Positions 1 through 9,444 of a stretch of DNA of 64,000 bases are shown piece by piece. The stretch is taken from contig JAPPGC010000027.1 in NCBI GenBank assembly GCA_028875125.1, positions 4,781 to 68,780 on the forward strand, read 5' to 3'. Below the pieces are notes generated by a model that was not told the origin of the DNA, made no database searches, and was given only the letters and a program-made list of their open reading frames with translations. The DNA comes from Bacteroidota bacterium. Lineage in GTDB: Bacteria; Bacteroidota; Rhodothermia; Rhodothermales; Bin80. The position numbers and the translations under genes are program-made. Position 1 is the first letter of the stretch; each line of letters begins with the position of its first letter.

Positions 1-363
1 GGGGCCGACTTCAATGGCAGCCATTGCCCAGCCATCCTCACCTCGCCTGTACAGAAACACCTGTCCGGTGCCATTCTCGTAGCCCGGAGCCCCAATCGCC
101 AACAGATCACCGTCAAGTACTGTGCTTTGTCCAAATGCTGTGCCTGGAGCAGCGTCCGGTATTAGGACTGTGGTTGAATGGCTCCACTCACCGTCGGAAT
201 GATGAAAAATCTGGAGGGCTGCGGAGTACTCATCGGTTGGGGGTTGTACAGAAATGAGCTCTCCATCTCCCAATACCATACCTGGAGAAAAACGCAGGCT
301 GGTTTCCTGGGCAAAGGATTCTGTTACAAACAGACAGAGAAGGAGCGTGAATAGGAGTCGCAT
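1..363 (-). CDS. secreted FG-GAP / beta-propeller-repeat protein, 5' part only (gene runs off the left edge)
   Basis: Absent from the ORF track because no stop codon lies inside the window. My own translation of the minus strand from the ATG at 363 gives MRLLFTLLLCLFVTESFAQE (signal-peptide-like). It continues ...LDGDLLAIGAPGYENGTGQVFLYRRGEDGW, an FG-GAP-type repeat motif. The frame stays open to base 1 (121 codons). Confidence 0.55.
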   Translation of the reverse strand, partial: MRLLFTLLLCLFVTESFAQETSLRFSPGMVLGDGELISVQPPTDEYSAALQIFHHSDGEWSHSTTVLIPDAAPGTAFGQSTVLDGDLLAIGAPGYENGTGQVFLYRRGEDGWAMAAIEVGP

Positions 364-610
364 GATATTCGGGGGTAGTTTTCGTGAAATTCCATCTAAC
401 CAACATAAATGTACTGAAAAACACTCGAAAAGGTTGCCAGTCTTCTTGTGACTCAATTTTGCAGCAGCGTGTTAGAGCGTGGCGTAGTTTTTGGTGTATC
501 TGCCAATCCAGGTTACTTCTTTGCTCTACCTTTGCTTCCAGGCAACGACCGATGGAACTACTGTGATGTGTGTCCGCGAATTCGGTTATAAACCAACACC
601 CGAAGCTGGG

Positions 611-2122
611 TCAAGCTTCGTCGCCCGGAGCTTGGTTGGACAAGAATGTTTTGAAGAGTTTTTCTTTCCATGCCGCAAGGCCGAAATAACAGACAGCGCC
701 CAGGATGAGAGCTCCGGTGGTGATCCATTTGTTTTCGAATAGAAGGGCAACACCAATCAGGGCCAGGCCCGGGAGTGCGAGCACGAAAAAGTCATGGTAG
801 GGTGCTATCCCTTCACGCCATGGAACCCGAGCCAGTCGGAGTATCACAGCTAATTGCAGGCCGCGCACAACGGCCCCGGTAATGCCGCCCGCAATCAGCA
901 TTACATCAATACTTCCTGAAAGACCACCCAGGATCCAGGCGGCGGACAGGGATGTAAGGAGCAGCAGGGCCATCATAAAGTCCAGGCGTTGTTGTTCGGT
1001 GACATCATAGACGCGTGTCAGCGGGGATACAGTTGAGCTAAGGACCAGCCAGGCAGCGATATACGCGGCATAGATCCCCGCCTGTCGAAAGGAAGTGCCA
1101 AGCCATAATTCGAAGAAATCAGGCCCGGCAAGCATAACGGCGAGGACCGGAAAGAGCCCGATCATGATCAGCCGGCGGTGGACCACGCTGGTGATACGGG
1201 AAAGGCTGCCGACTAACTGTGCTTCTGCTGCACTCACGAAGAAAGGATGGGCTACAGACCGTGCTATGTAGGAGATTGGAATCCCGATGGCAGCGAGCGC
1301 CATTCCGTAGAATCCGAGCGCATTCTCGGCAACATCAGTCGCAAAAAAGAATGGGATCAGCACTATAGTCAGGTGTCCCGTGATTGCTCCGATGGCGGCG
1401 GAAGGTGTTGAAAAGAGTGCAAAGCGCCGGTAGCGTACCGCGGCATGCCGCATCCTTCGCCACCCAAAAGCTGCACGGATCGCGGCGGCACTCCTAAGGA
1501 AGGCCAGCCAGATAAAAAAGCTGCTGGCGATTACATGTCCAAAAATGAATCCCCCAATATGCCCCGCCTCGTTGGCGTTTATCGGTGGAGCGCCGGCACC
1601 GATACGGCCAACTACCATGGAAGCAGTCAGGTTTACATGACCTGCACTGATGTGTCTGAATGCCCGTTTGCGTACCAGCCAGAACTCGGCGATCTTGCCC
1701 GACCGCATGCATATAAGTGTCAGGGGCACCAGCGGTAAATAAGGAGCGATTGCCGGAAAATCCAGGAAGCGGGCGATCTCGGTGCTCCATATCGCGAGAA
1801 CGGTCAAGAGGATTGCAGTGAAGAGCATCACCGTAGCAGATAACCAGATCAGTACGGCCGCATCCTCGTCTTTTCTGGGGAGCATGAGAGCATCCTCGTA
1901 TCGCAATGAGGCTACCGCACCCACCAAAGTCAGCATGGTTACGAAGTACTTGCCTATTCCTATTTCAGCAGGCAAATACAGTCGGGAAATGACTCCGAGC
2001 GCCAGGTAGCCGATCACCATCACAATACCGGCACCGGAAAGCAATGTCAGGACAGGCCCTCGGAGTCCCTGTGTTGAAAACAGATGGTCCAGCCACGTCA
2101 GGGTTGAGGATTTACGCGCCAT
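611..2122 (-). CDS. polysaccharide/oligosaccharide flippase-like membrane protein (MOP/Wzx-type), copy 1
   Basis: 503-aa ORF, hydrophobic throughout with about 12-14 predicted TM segments. It resembles Polysacc_synt-type flippases, a family call from memory. It is a paralogue of 2321..3832. Confidence 0.55.
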   Translation of the reverse strand: MARKSSTLTWLDHLFSTQGLRGPVLTLLSGAGIVMVIGYLALGVISRLYLPAEIGIGKYFVTMLTLVGAVASLRYEDALMLPRKDEDAAVLIWLSATVMLFTAILLTVLAIWSTEIARFLDFPAIAPYLPLVPLTLICMRSGKIAEFWLVRKRAFRHISAGHVNLTASMVVGRIGAGAPPINANEAGHIGGFIFGHVIASSFFIWLAFLRSAAAIRAAFGWRRMRHAAVRYRRFALFSTPSAAIGAITGHLTIVLIPFFFATDVAENALGFYGMALAAIGIPISYIARSVAHPFFVSAAEAQLVGSLSRITSVVHRRLIMIGLFPVLAVMLAGPDFFELWLGTSFRQAGIYAAYIAAWLVLSSTVSPLTRVYDVTEQQRLDFMMALLLLTSLSAAWILGGLSGSIDVMLIAGGITGAVVRGLQLAVILRLARVPWREGIAPYHDFFVLALPGLALIGVALLFENKWITTGALILGAVCYFGLAAWKEKLFKTFLSNQAPGDEA

Positions 2123-2235
2123 ATGGTCCAGGTGCCTGCCTGATAGACAGTCTGTAAGTTTTCAGGGGCATCAGCTTCGTATCGCAAGATCGACTGAAAC
2201 CCGTAAGTGGTTGATAAATGATGGATCCCTTCGCC
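2098..2235 (-). pseudogene. 3' stub (about 45 codons) of the 525-aa membrane-protein gene, carried along by the duplication
   Basis: The minus strand translates EGIHHLSTTYGFQSILRYEADAPENLQTVYQAGTWTIWRVNPQP*. The C-terminus of ORF 3808..5385 reads EEIHRLSTTYGFQYIVRQEADAPENFQTVYQAGPWTVWRVNPQP*. There is no start codon and no homology upstream of the stub. Confidence 0.8.
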
Positions 2236-2320
2236 TCGCCTTGGCTTCCGGGTAACGACTCATAGCAATGTTGCGATGTGTGTCAGCGAATTCGTTCATA
2301 AACAAACACATTAAACCGGG

Positions 2321-3832
2321 TCAGGCTTCGTCGCCCGGAGCTTGGTTGGAAAAGAATGTTCCAAAGAGTTTTTCTTTCCATGCTGCAAGGCCAAAATAAC
2401 AGGCAGTGCCCACAATGAGAGCTCCGGTGGTGATCCATTTGTTACCAAAAGGCAGGACAACACCAATCAGGGCCAGGCCCGGGAGTGCGAGGAGTAAAAA
2501 GTCACGATAGGGCGCGATTCCTTCACGCCACGGAACGCCGGCCAGTCGGAGAATCACAATTAACTGCAGACCGCGCACAACTGCTCCCGTAATGCCAACT
2601 GCAATCAGCATTACATCGATACTTCCCGAAAGGCCTCCCAGGATAAAGGCGGTGAACAGGCATATAAGGAGCAGCAGGGCCATCAAGAAGTCCAAGCGTT
2701 GATGTTCGGTGACATCATAGACGCGCGTCAGTGGAGATACGGCCGAGCTAAGGACCAACCATGCAGAGAGATATATGGCATAGATCCCTGACTGTCGCCA
2801 GGGAGTACCAAGCCACAATTCAAAAAAATCGGGCCCGGCAAGCATAACGGCGAGAACTGGAAAGAGCCCGATCATGATAAGACGGCGGTGTACCAGGCTG
2901 GTGATACGGGAAAGATTGCCAGCAAACTGTTCTTCTGCTGCAATCACGAAGAAAGGATGGGCTACGGACCGTCCCACGTAGGACATTGGATTCGCGATAG
3001 CAGCGAGTACCATGGCGTAGAACCCGATGATTGTCTGAGCATTATCACCCGCAAAAAAGAAGGGGATGAGCAGTACGATCAGGTGTCCCATGAGTGTTCC
3101 GATGGCAGCGGAAGGCGTTGAAAAGAGTGCAAAGCGCCGATACCGTACCGCGGCCTGCTGCATCCTTCGCCATCCAAAAGCTGCACGGATCGCAGCAGCG
3201 CTGCGACGGAAGGCAAGCCAGACAAAATAGCCGCTGGCAATAACATGCCCAAATATGAACCCCCCAATATGTCCCGCCTCGTTGGCGTTTATCGGCGGTG
3301 CGCCGGCACCTAGACGCCCAACAACCATGGAAGCAGTCAGGCTTACATGGCCTGCACTGATGTGTCTGAAGGCCCGTTTGCGTACCAGCCAGAACTCCGC
3401 GATCTTGCCCGACCGCATGCATACAAGCGTCAGGGGCACCAGCGGCAAATAAGGACCAACTCCCGGGAAATTAAAGAAGCGAGCGATCTCAATGCTCCAT
3501 ATAGTAGGAATGGTCAAGAGGGTTGTGGAGAGGAGCATCACCGCAGCAGATAGCCAGACCAGTACGGCCGCATCTTCGTCTTTTCTGGGGAGCATGAGAG
3601 CATCCTCGTATCGCAATGAGATGACTGCCCCCAGAACAGCCACTACGCTTACGAAGTGCCTCCCTATTCCTATTTCTTCCGGCTCATACACTCGGGAAAT
3701 GGCTCCGAGCGCTAGGGAACCGATCACCATCACAATACCGGAACCGGAAAGCAGCGTCAGGGCAGGCTCTCGTAGCCCCTGCTTTGAAAACAGACGGTCC
3801 AACCACTTCAGGGCTGGGGATTTACGCGCCAT
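2321..3832 (-). CDS. polysaccharide/oligosaccharide flippase-like membrane protein (MOP/Wzx-type), copy 2
   Basis: 503-aa ORF colinear with 611..2122 and roughly three-quarters to four-fifths identical by eye. Its start overlaps the stop of the upstream gene by 25 nt. Confidence 0.55.
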   Translation of the reverse strand: MARKSPALKWLDRLFSKQGLREPALTLLSGSGIVMVIGSLALGAISRVYEPEEIGIGRHFVSVVAVLGAVISLRYEDALMLPRKDEDAAVLVWLSAAVMLLSTTLLTIPTIWSIEIARFFNFPGVGPYLPLVPLTLVCMRSGKIAEFWLVRKRAFRHISAGHVSLTASMVVGRLGAGAPPINANEAGHIGGFIFGHVIASGYFVWLAFRRSAAAIRAAFGWRRMQQAAVRYRRFALFSTPSAAIGTLMGHLIVLLIPFFFAGDNAQTIIGFYAMVLAAIANPMSYVGRSVAHPFFVIAAEEQFAGNLSRITSLVHRRLIMIGLFPVLAVMLAGPDFFELWLGTPWRQSGIYAIYLSAWLVLSSAVSPLTRVYDVTEHQRLDFLMALLLLICLFTAFILGGLSGSIDVMLIAVGITGAVVRGLQLIVILRLAGVPWREGIAPYRDFLLLALPGLALIGVVLPFGNKWITTGALIVGTACYFGLAAWKEKLFGTFFSNQAPGDEA

Positions 3833-5385
3833 ACGGTCCAGGGGCCTGCCTGATAGACAGTCTGAAAGTTTTCAGGGGCATCAGCTTCCTGTCGCACGAT
3901 GTACTGAAACCCGTAAGTGGTTGATAAACGATGTATCTCTTCGCTCGGCAGAGCCAGGTAGGCACTGTCCAGTGCGGATATGAGATTCAGTCCTCCGCGA
4001 CGTGGCGGCGTTACAGGAGCCATGTCCAAGAGCCGTGTAAACCATTGCGTCATATAGGGCTGATGGAAGGGGATAGCTTTGAAGTTCACGACGATAGCAC
4101 GCTTTGCTTGTGATCTGAAGTGTGCCCAGTGCGGAGGTACAGCAAATACTGCGTCCTTGTCGGTCGACTCGCGTGCCCACGCTGCAACCTGCTCGGCAGG
4201 ATCGGTGGTCGGTGCCGGTCTAATTCCGAGTGAGTCAGGAGAAACGATAAGGAATGTGGCTGCGATGAGCAATGTAGCGCCAAGTGCAAAATGTCCGTGG
4301 TCAAAGAAGAAGGTTACCGTGCGTCGGCCAAAGTGCTGGACTAGTTGTGCAACAACATTAGACACCATAATGACACAGAACACCTTAACCAGGACAGTGA
4401 GTTTGAAGAGCTGTAGTTTGGTGATCGTGTCTACACGCAGCACCTCACTGCACAAAAAGGACAGTGCACAAAGTCCCGCAATAACGATCAATGATCGGCG
4501 AATGAACGTGCTGTAGACATGGGGCATCCGTCCGAAAGAAGCAAGTCCCAGCACGAGAAGTACTGCGAAGCCGAATGCTGATTCAGGGGTGAAAGAGGTT
4601 GGCATGTAGTGGTGCGGAGCCCGGAATTCAAAAAGCATATAGAAGTACGACCAGGGTCCGTCCGGATGCGGCCGCGTAAGCTGGAACCAGATCAATGGTC
4701 CCAGAGCGGGCAGTGCAGCCAATGTGAAAGTTCCGGTGAACAGGTATGGACGCGCCGCAGTCCATCCGTGCCTCCAAAGCAGCAGCAGCGCACAAACCAT
4801 TGCTATTTGCAGTCCAACCAATGCCTGCATCCAGCAAGCAAGCCCCATAAGGATCGCGGCAGGCATGGGTCGTCCACGCACGAAAAATACTAGGCCCCAC
4901 AAGCCAAGCGTCCAGGCCGGTATGCTTGGAGTAAGTATCCATGTCACGAGATCATTCCCCCCTAGCGTGAATTTGGGGGTTAACAGCAGAATCGTGACGA
5001 CACAGATCGTGGCGGCCAGACGATCGCGTGTAAGCTGCAGTCCAAGCGTATACAGCGCCATGCTTGTGCCGAACCAACTTGCCACGTAAAAGATGAATAT
5101 GGTTGCATAGGGTCCAAAAAGCTTTGCCGGCAGCCAAGCCACAAAAACAAATAACGTTCGTGGGCCGAATGATTCCATTTGGACGTTTACGAACCAGTCC
5201 AGCTGGTAAAGGCTCGCATCCATCAGACGCATGAGGTAGGGCAGTACTTCATCCTGATCACTGATGGCGTAGTCATAGCCGCGCCAAAAAAGGTAGAGCG
5301 TCAGAGTAAGGAGGGGGAGGTACAGTGGTGGACGCATGCCCATTCCTGTAAGCAGCCGTGGCCATTGGCCAGTACGGAGACGCAT
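3808..5385 (-). CDS. polytopic membrane protein with a soluble C-terminal domain (possibly GT-C-like glycosyltransferase or polymerase; function unverified)
   Basis: 525-aa ORF. About 370 aa of repeated hydrophobic segments are followed by a ~150-aa hydrophilic tail. It lies between a Fem/GNAT-like gene and the flippases. Confidence 0.4.
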   Translation of the reverse strand: MRLRTGQWPRLLTGMGMRPPLYLPLLTLTLYLFWRGYDYAISDQDEVLPYLMRLMDASLYQLDWFVNVQMESFGPRTLFVFVAWLPAKLFGPYATIFIFYVASWFGTSMALYTLGLQLTRDRLAATICVVTILLLTPKFTLGGNDLVTWILTPSIPAWTLGLWGLVFFVRGRPMPAAILMGLACWMQALVGLQIAMVCALLLLWRHGWTAARPYLFTGTFTLAALPALGPLIWFQLTRPHPDGPWSYFYMLFEFRAPHHYMPTSFTPESAFGFAVLLVLGLASFGRMPHVYSTFIRRSLIVIAGLCALSFLCSEVLRVDTITKLQLFKLTVLVKVFCVIMVSNVVAQLVQHFGRRTVTFFFDHGHFALGATLLIAATFLIVSPDSLGIRPAPTTDPAEQVAAWARESTDKDAVFAVPPHWAHFRSQAKRAIVVNFKAIPFHQPYMTQWFTRLLDMAPVTPPRRGGLNLISALDSAYLALPSEEIHRLSTTYGFQYIVRQEADAPENFQTVYQAGPWTVWRVNPQP

Positions 5386-5388
5386 GAT

Positions 5389-6300
5389 TCAACGTTGGAA
5401 GTGAATCTGCGGGCGCCGCCGCAAGTGGTAGTACTGTGTCAGCACTGGGCCAAAGGTACGCTTGAATTCGGCTATAGAGGGGGTATTTGCGCCTACAAAG
5501 TCGAATTTGGCTATGCCCGACGCATGCAGAATTGTGAGAACCTCGCCTATAAGTACGGTCATCGCGGGCCCCGGAATGCTGCCCGCAATCCAGTAATGCG
5601 CTGTACGATCATCGTGAAGGATGACTACTCCGCCCTCAACGGTGTCATTGCGAATGGCTGTGAACGCGCGCGCCCGTGACCCCATGGCCTTCGCTACGGA
5701 TTCCAGTGCTGCCGGTTTGCCGGGCATGCGGCGTTCGTGTCTCCCGTAGCTCTTTACACATAGGTCAATGATCGTGCGTAAGTGACACGGGTCTTCCTCA
5801 ATTCTGAAGCTGGATGTTTTTGATCGCCAGGTCCGGCGTGCGCCTTCCGACCAGTCATCAATGTTGCTCGGGAGGTCAATCATGTACGTGAAGAGTGGTC
5901 GAACATCCCAGCCGCGCCATTGTGCGGTACGCGGATCGTTCAACTTAACCAGCAGGTCAGCGCGTTGGGCTTGCTGCTCAGCATGCTTCAGAAGGTGATC
6001 CAGGGGGGTAGCCTGCCCGTGCACTTGGTGCGCAAGTACGGGTTTGCCCAGAAGTACCGCAGAGTATTGTGTAGAAGGGGGTACGATCACACGCCGCAGA
6101 GGACCACGCCCTTTTGTGTGCAGCAGCAGCGCGGCATCATCCCCGCTAAAATGCATGGAAGAACCCAGGCCGTACGCTTCATCTACGGCTCTTGCGTAAC
6201 GCAGAGACGCAAATACCGTACGCTCGGGAGCCTCCTCCCAGAGTGCATGGTAACGCGCGCACGCATCAGCGTTGTCCAGATTGTATGGCGGGGAAATCAC
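5389..6300 (-). CDS. FemAB/BioF2-like GNAT-fold acyltransferase family protein
   Basis: 303-aa ORF. The C-terminal ...HASGIAKFDFVGANTPSIAEFKRTFGP... is typical of Acetyltransf_6/FemAB-like proteins (from memory). It starts 12 nt after the hslU stop. Confidence 0.5.
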   Translation of the reverse strand: MISPPYNLDNADACARYHALWEEAPERTVFASLRYARAVDEAYGLGSSMHFSGDDAALLLHTKGRGPLRRVIVPPSTQYSAVLLGKPVLAHQVHGQATPLDHLLKHAEQQAQRADLLVKLNDPRTAQWRGWDVRPLFTYMIDLPSNIDDWSEGARRTWRSKTSSFRIEEDPCHLRTIIDLCVKSYGRHERRMPGKPAALESVAKAMGSRARAFTAIRNDTVEGGVVILHDDRTAHYWIAGSIPGPAMTVLIGEVLTILHASGIAKFDFVGANTPSIAEFKRTFGPVLTQYYHLRRRPQIHFQR

Positions 6301-6312
6301 CGGCCAGCCAGG

Positions 6313-7683
6313 CTACAAGATATACTGGCTCAGATCGCGATTGCGCGCGATGGAACCAAGGTAAAGTTCAACGTCACTGGCGTCCATATTGACCGTCTTC
6401 GGACAAGAGCCATCAGACTCGAAGAGTAATTCTTCAAGCAGCGTGGTCATAATGGTATGGAGTCTTCGGGCTCCGATATTTTCTACATCGGCATTGACCA
6501 TGGCTGCTGTTTTGGCGATCATCTTGACCGCATCATCCGTGAAGTTGAGGGTCACATTTTCGGCTTCCAGAAGGGCCCGGTATTGTTTGAGCAAAGCATT
6601 GCGTGGCTGCGTGAGAATACGGTAGAAGTCCTCCTCAGTGAGACTGTGCATCTCTACTCGAATGGGGAAGCGTCCCTGCATTTCGGGAATCAGGTCACTC
6701 GGTTTGGCTACATGGAATGCTCCACTGGCGATGAACAGGATATGATCTGTTTTAATCATACCGTGTTTGGTGGTGACAGTGGCTCCTTCAACGAGGGGCA
6801 GCAGGTCCCTCTGAACCCCTTCACGGGAGACATCCGGCCCTCCGGTACCCTTGCTTGAGCGACTGGCCACCTTGTCAATTTCGTCGATGAATACGATACC
6901 GGAATCTTCGACACGTTTGATGGCTTCTTGCGTCACGTGGTCCAGGTCAATAAGTTTGAGGGCCTCTTCTTTGGTCAGCAGTTCTTCGGCTTCCGAAATT
7001 TTCAGGCGGCGTTTTTTGCGTTGTTTGCCCCCAAAATTGCCAAGCATATCTTGAATGTTCACCCCCATTTCCTCCATACCCATAGGCCCAAACACCTGCA
7101 GCATAGGTGAGGAATGATCACTTTGGACCTCAATCTCGATCTCGCGGTTGGCGAGACGCCCATCTTTCAGACGTTCACGAAATCTAGTTCGCGTTGTGGA
7201 TTCTGCCGGTTCGGGGGTTTCTGTATGCCCGTTGTCTGCATCCACAGCGTTAACGGGTGGAGGAGGCATAATTACATTGAGAACACGCTCGCGTGCGAGT
7301 TCACGTGCCCGATCCTGAACGCGTTCTTCGTGCTCCTGGCGCACGAGCCGGATGGCACGGTCTGCCAGGTCACGGATCATGCTTTCCACATCGCGTCCCA
7401 CATAGCCCACCTCGGTGAATTTTGTAGCTTCAACCTTGACAAAGGGGGCATCAACCAGCCGTGCAAGTCTACGGGCGATTTCCGTTTTGCCTACTCCGGT
7501 AGGTCCCATGAGGATAATGTTACTGGGCAAAATCTCGTCCTGTAACTCATCGGGTACCTGCTGGCGGCGCCAGCGATTGCGCAGTGCAATTGCCACGGTG
7601 CGCTTGGCTTCCGACTGGCCGATGATATAGTTATCCAACTCAGCCACTATTTCCCGTGGAGTAAGTTCTGAGTGCGCCATCAT
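6313..7683 (-). CDS. hslU: ATP-dependent protease ATPase subunit HslU
   Basis: 456 aa. The N-terminus reads MMAHSELTPREIVAELDNYIIGQSEAKRTVAIALRNRWRR. Walker A is GPTGVGKTEIARRLA, an inserted I-domain is present, and the C-terminus reads ...DLSQYIL. Confidence 0.97.
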   Translation of the reverse strand: MMAHSELTPREIVAELDNYIIGQSEAKRTVAIALRNRWRRQQVPDELQDEILPSNIILMGPTGVGKTEIARRLARLVDAPFVKVEATKFTEVGYVGRDVESMIRDLADRAIRLVRQEHEERVQDRARELARERVLNVIMPPPPVNAVDADNGHTETPEPAESTTRTRFRERLKDGRLANREIEIEVQSDHSSPMLQVFGPMGMEEMGVNIQDMLGNFGGKQRKKRRLKISEAEELLTKEEALKLIDLDHVTQEAIKRVEDSGIVFIDEIDKVASRSSKGTGGPDVSREGVQRDLLPLVEGATVTTKHGMIKTDHILFIASGAFHVAKPSDLIPEMQGRFPIRVEMHSLTEEDFYRILTQPRNALLKQYRALLEAENVTLNFTDDAVKMIAKTAAMVNADVENIGARRLHTIMTTLLEELLFESDGSCPKTVNMDASDVELYLGSIARNRDLSQYIL

Positions 7684-8687
7684 CGAATTATCGGGGAGTC
7701 ACTGCTGTTTTCTCTGCTATTGCTGAGATCCTGATTGTAATAGAGACTATCCTGTTCTTCGTCGAAGTCGGTGTATTCACCATCGTCGTAGCCCTGTTCG
7801 CCCGCGTGAAGTGCAAGAACATTGGGATGATCGTGGTTGATAAGCAGCACGGTGTAGTCATAGGGATATCCCCGACGCTTTTCCAGCCATACTGCGCCCG
7901 CCTCGTTAAGGTCGCCAACCAGTGCCTTGGGGTCATCATCACCGCCGAGCGCTTCCGAAAGTTTGCGCAGAAGTGGCGTGAGATAGACCTCCTCATATTG
8001 GCCGAAGAAGCGGTCAATTACTTCAAGCACCAGCAGCGAAGTTTCGTTTGTGACCGCCGCCATTTTTTCGGGAGGCGGACCGGCTTCGGCTGTTCGATGA
8101 GGCTGGTCAGATGCAGGGCGGACGGGTTCACCTGCGTGCAAGTGAGCGGGATGCGAAGTCTGTTCAAGGAGCGTATTGGCGTCAATGAATAGATCTGAGT
8201 GCTCCACCGATCTTGTAGGATCAGGGGATTGGAACGTGATCACTACTCCTCGAAAACCACTTTGTTGACAAAACTTCATCAGAGGGAGGTAGAGGCGATC
8301 CCCGGTAACCAGGATAATGACAGTTATATCCCTCTGGGACTGGAGCGTGTTCATGATGTCAACGCAAATCTGGATTTCTGATGCGTTCGCCTGCAAAGAG
8401 GCCGGTACGAACCTCGGCTCTATTCCAGCCAAGTAAAGGCTTTGCTGAATCTGCTGCCCAACTGCTCCCATGGTGGCAAAGTCTGCGTAGGCAACGGATG
8501 AGACCAAACTAACACGCATACCTTCCATGTATTGCGAGACTGCGGTCAGTAGTCCGCTGGCCTTGGTTTCGAGGTTGGATTGCTGGGCGTCGTGATGTTT
8601 TATGTAGTCAAAAAGATTTTCGTAGTCTACAAACATAAAAGCACGTTGCACAGTACGGGTTGGGTGTTGATTTCCTATGGTTCTCAT
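7680..8687 (-). CDS. NYN (LabA-like PIN-fold) domain protein with an acidic C-terminal extension (possibly OST-HTH/LOTUS-like)
   Basis: 335 aa. NYN-type motifs are FMFVDYENL, ICVDIMN and VIILVTGDRLYLP. The stop TGA overlaps the hslU ATG (ATGATG context at 7678-7683). The start lies 13 nt after the hslV stop. Confidence 0.6.
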   Translation of the reverse strand: MRTIGNQHPTRTVQRAFMFVDYENLFDYIKHHDAQQSNLETKASGLLTAVSQYMEGMRVSLVSSVAYADFATMGAVGQQIQQSLYLAGIEPRFVPASLQANASEIQICVDIMNTLQSQRDITVIILVTGDRLYLPLMKFCQQSGFRGVVITFQSPDPTRSVEHSDLFIDANTLLEQTSHPAHLHAGEPVRPASDQPHRTAEAGPPPEKMAAVTNETSLLVLEVIDRFFGQYEEVYLTPLLRKLSEALGGDDDPKALVGDLNEAGAVWLEKRRGYPYDYTVLLINHDHPNVLALHAGEQGYDDGEYTDFDEEQDSLYYNQDLSNSRENSSDSPIIR

Positions 8688-8700
8688 TATTCTGAATTAT

Positions 8701-9270
8701 CTAATTATTGTGCGTAGTTGACTGGTTATCAATCTCAACTACAGTCAGAAAGCTATTTGTGTAGACGCAAATATCCGCGGCTACACCAAGTGCGTCTGTT
8801 ACAACCTCCTTGGCAGTCAATTGGGGGGCGTGTTTGATCATGGCACGGGCGGCGGCCAGCGCATACGGCCCCCCGCTGCCAATTGCAACGATATCATCAT
8901 CCGGTTCAATGATGTCACCGCTGCCGCTAATGAGTAGCAGGCGTTCGTTCGACCCGACGGCCAATAATGCCTCCAAGCGGCGCAAATACCGATCCGTGCG
9001 CCAGTCCTTGGCAAGCTCCACGGCAGCGCGTACAAGATTTCCTCCATACTGCTGGAGCTTTTCTTCGAATCGCTCAAACAGCGTGAAAGCATCTGCAGTC
9101 GAGCCGGCAAATCCAGCGAGCACTTTGCCCTCAAACAGTCGTCGCACTTTCTGGGCCTTGTGTTTCATTACAATATCGCCCAAGGTTGCTTGCCCGTCGG
9201 ATCCCAAAGCCACCTTGCCACCGCGGCGTACACCTATTACTGTAGTACCGTGTAGGATTGCCTCGCTCAT
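8701..9270 (-). CDS. hslV: ATP-dependent protease peptidase subunit HslV
   Basis: 189 aa. [31 protein letters not shown] carries the N-terminal Thr nucleophile motif. The ORF is colinear with HslV throughout. Confidence 0.95.
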   Translation of the reverse strand: MSEAILHGTTVIGVRRGGKVALGSDGQATLGDIVMKHKAQKVRRLFEGKVLAGFAGSTADAFTLFERFEEKLQQYGGNLVRAAVELAKDWRTDRYLRRLEALLAVGSNERLLLISGSGDIIEPDDDIVAIGSGGPYALAAARAMIKHAPQLTAKEVVTDALGVAADICVYTNSFLTVVEIDNQSTTHNN

Positions 9271-9444
9271 AATAAATTCTATATATGTGAGGCCCCCAAA
9301 CGCGAATCTCGAACTCTAGTAAAATATTTCGCTGGGGGAAATGTACCCTGTGCTAGAGCGAAGTATACACGGGATGATCTCCTGCTGTTCCCAACAGATT
9401 GGACCATTGGAATCCTCCTCTTTGACAAGCCTCACGGTACTGAC

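Larger units (their letters stand above)
527..3950. repeat. tandem duplication of two ~1.71-kb units (527-2236 and 2237-3950)
   Basis: Nucleotide colinearity read by eye. Examples are 565-610 vs 2275-2320, the two 503-aa ORFs, and 2125-2236 vs 3835-3946. Similarity is lost beyond about 3950. Confidence 0.85.

Noticed and set aside
1445-1738. Numerous 60-170-aa ORFs antisense to or out of frame with the large genes. Examples are 1445..1738, 3492..3983, 12347..12820, 45354..45992, 48289..49086 and 58167..58853.
   Set aside because: They lie entirely inside much longer ORFs that have clear family signatures. Their translations are Arg/Ser/Cys-rich and of low complexity. Those in the duplicated regions recur only because the underlying DNA is duplicated. 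They are shadow ORFs typical of GC-rich coding DNA.
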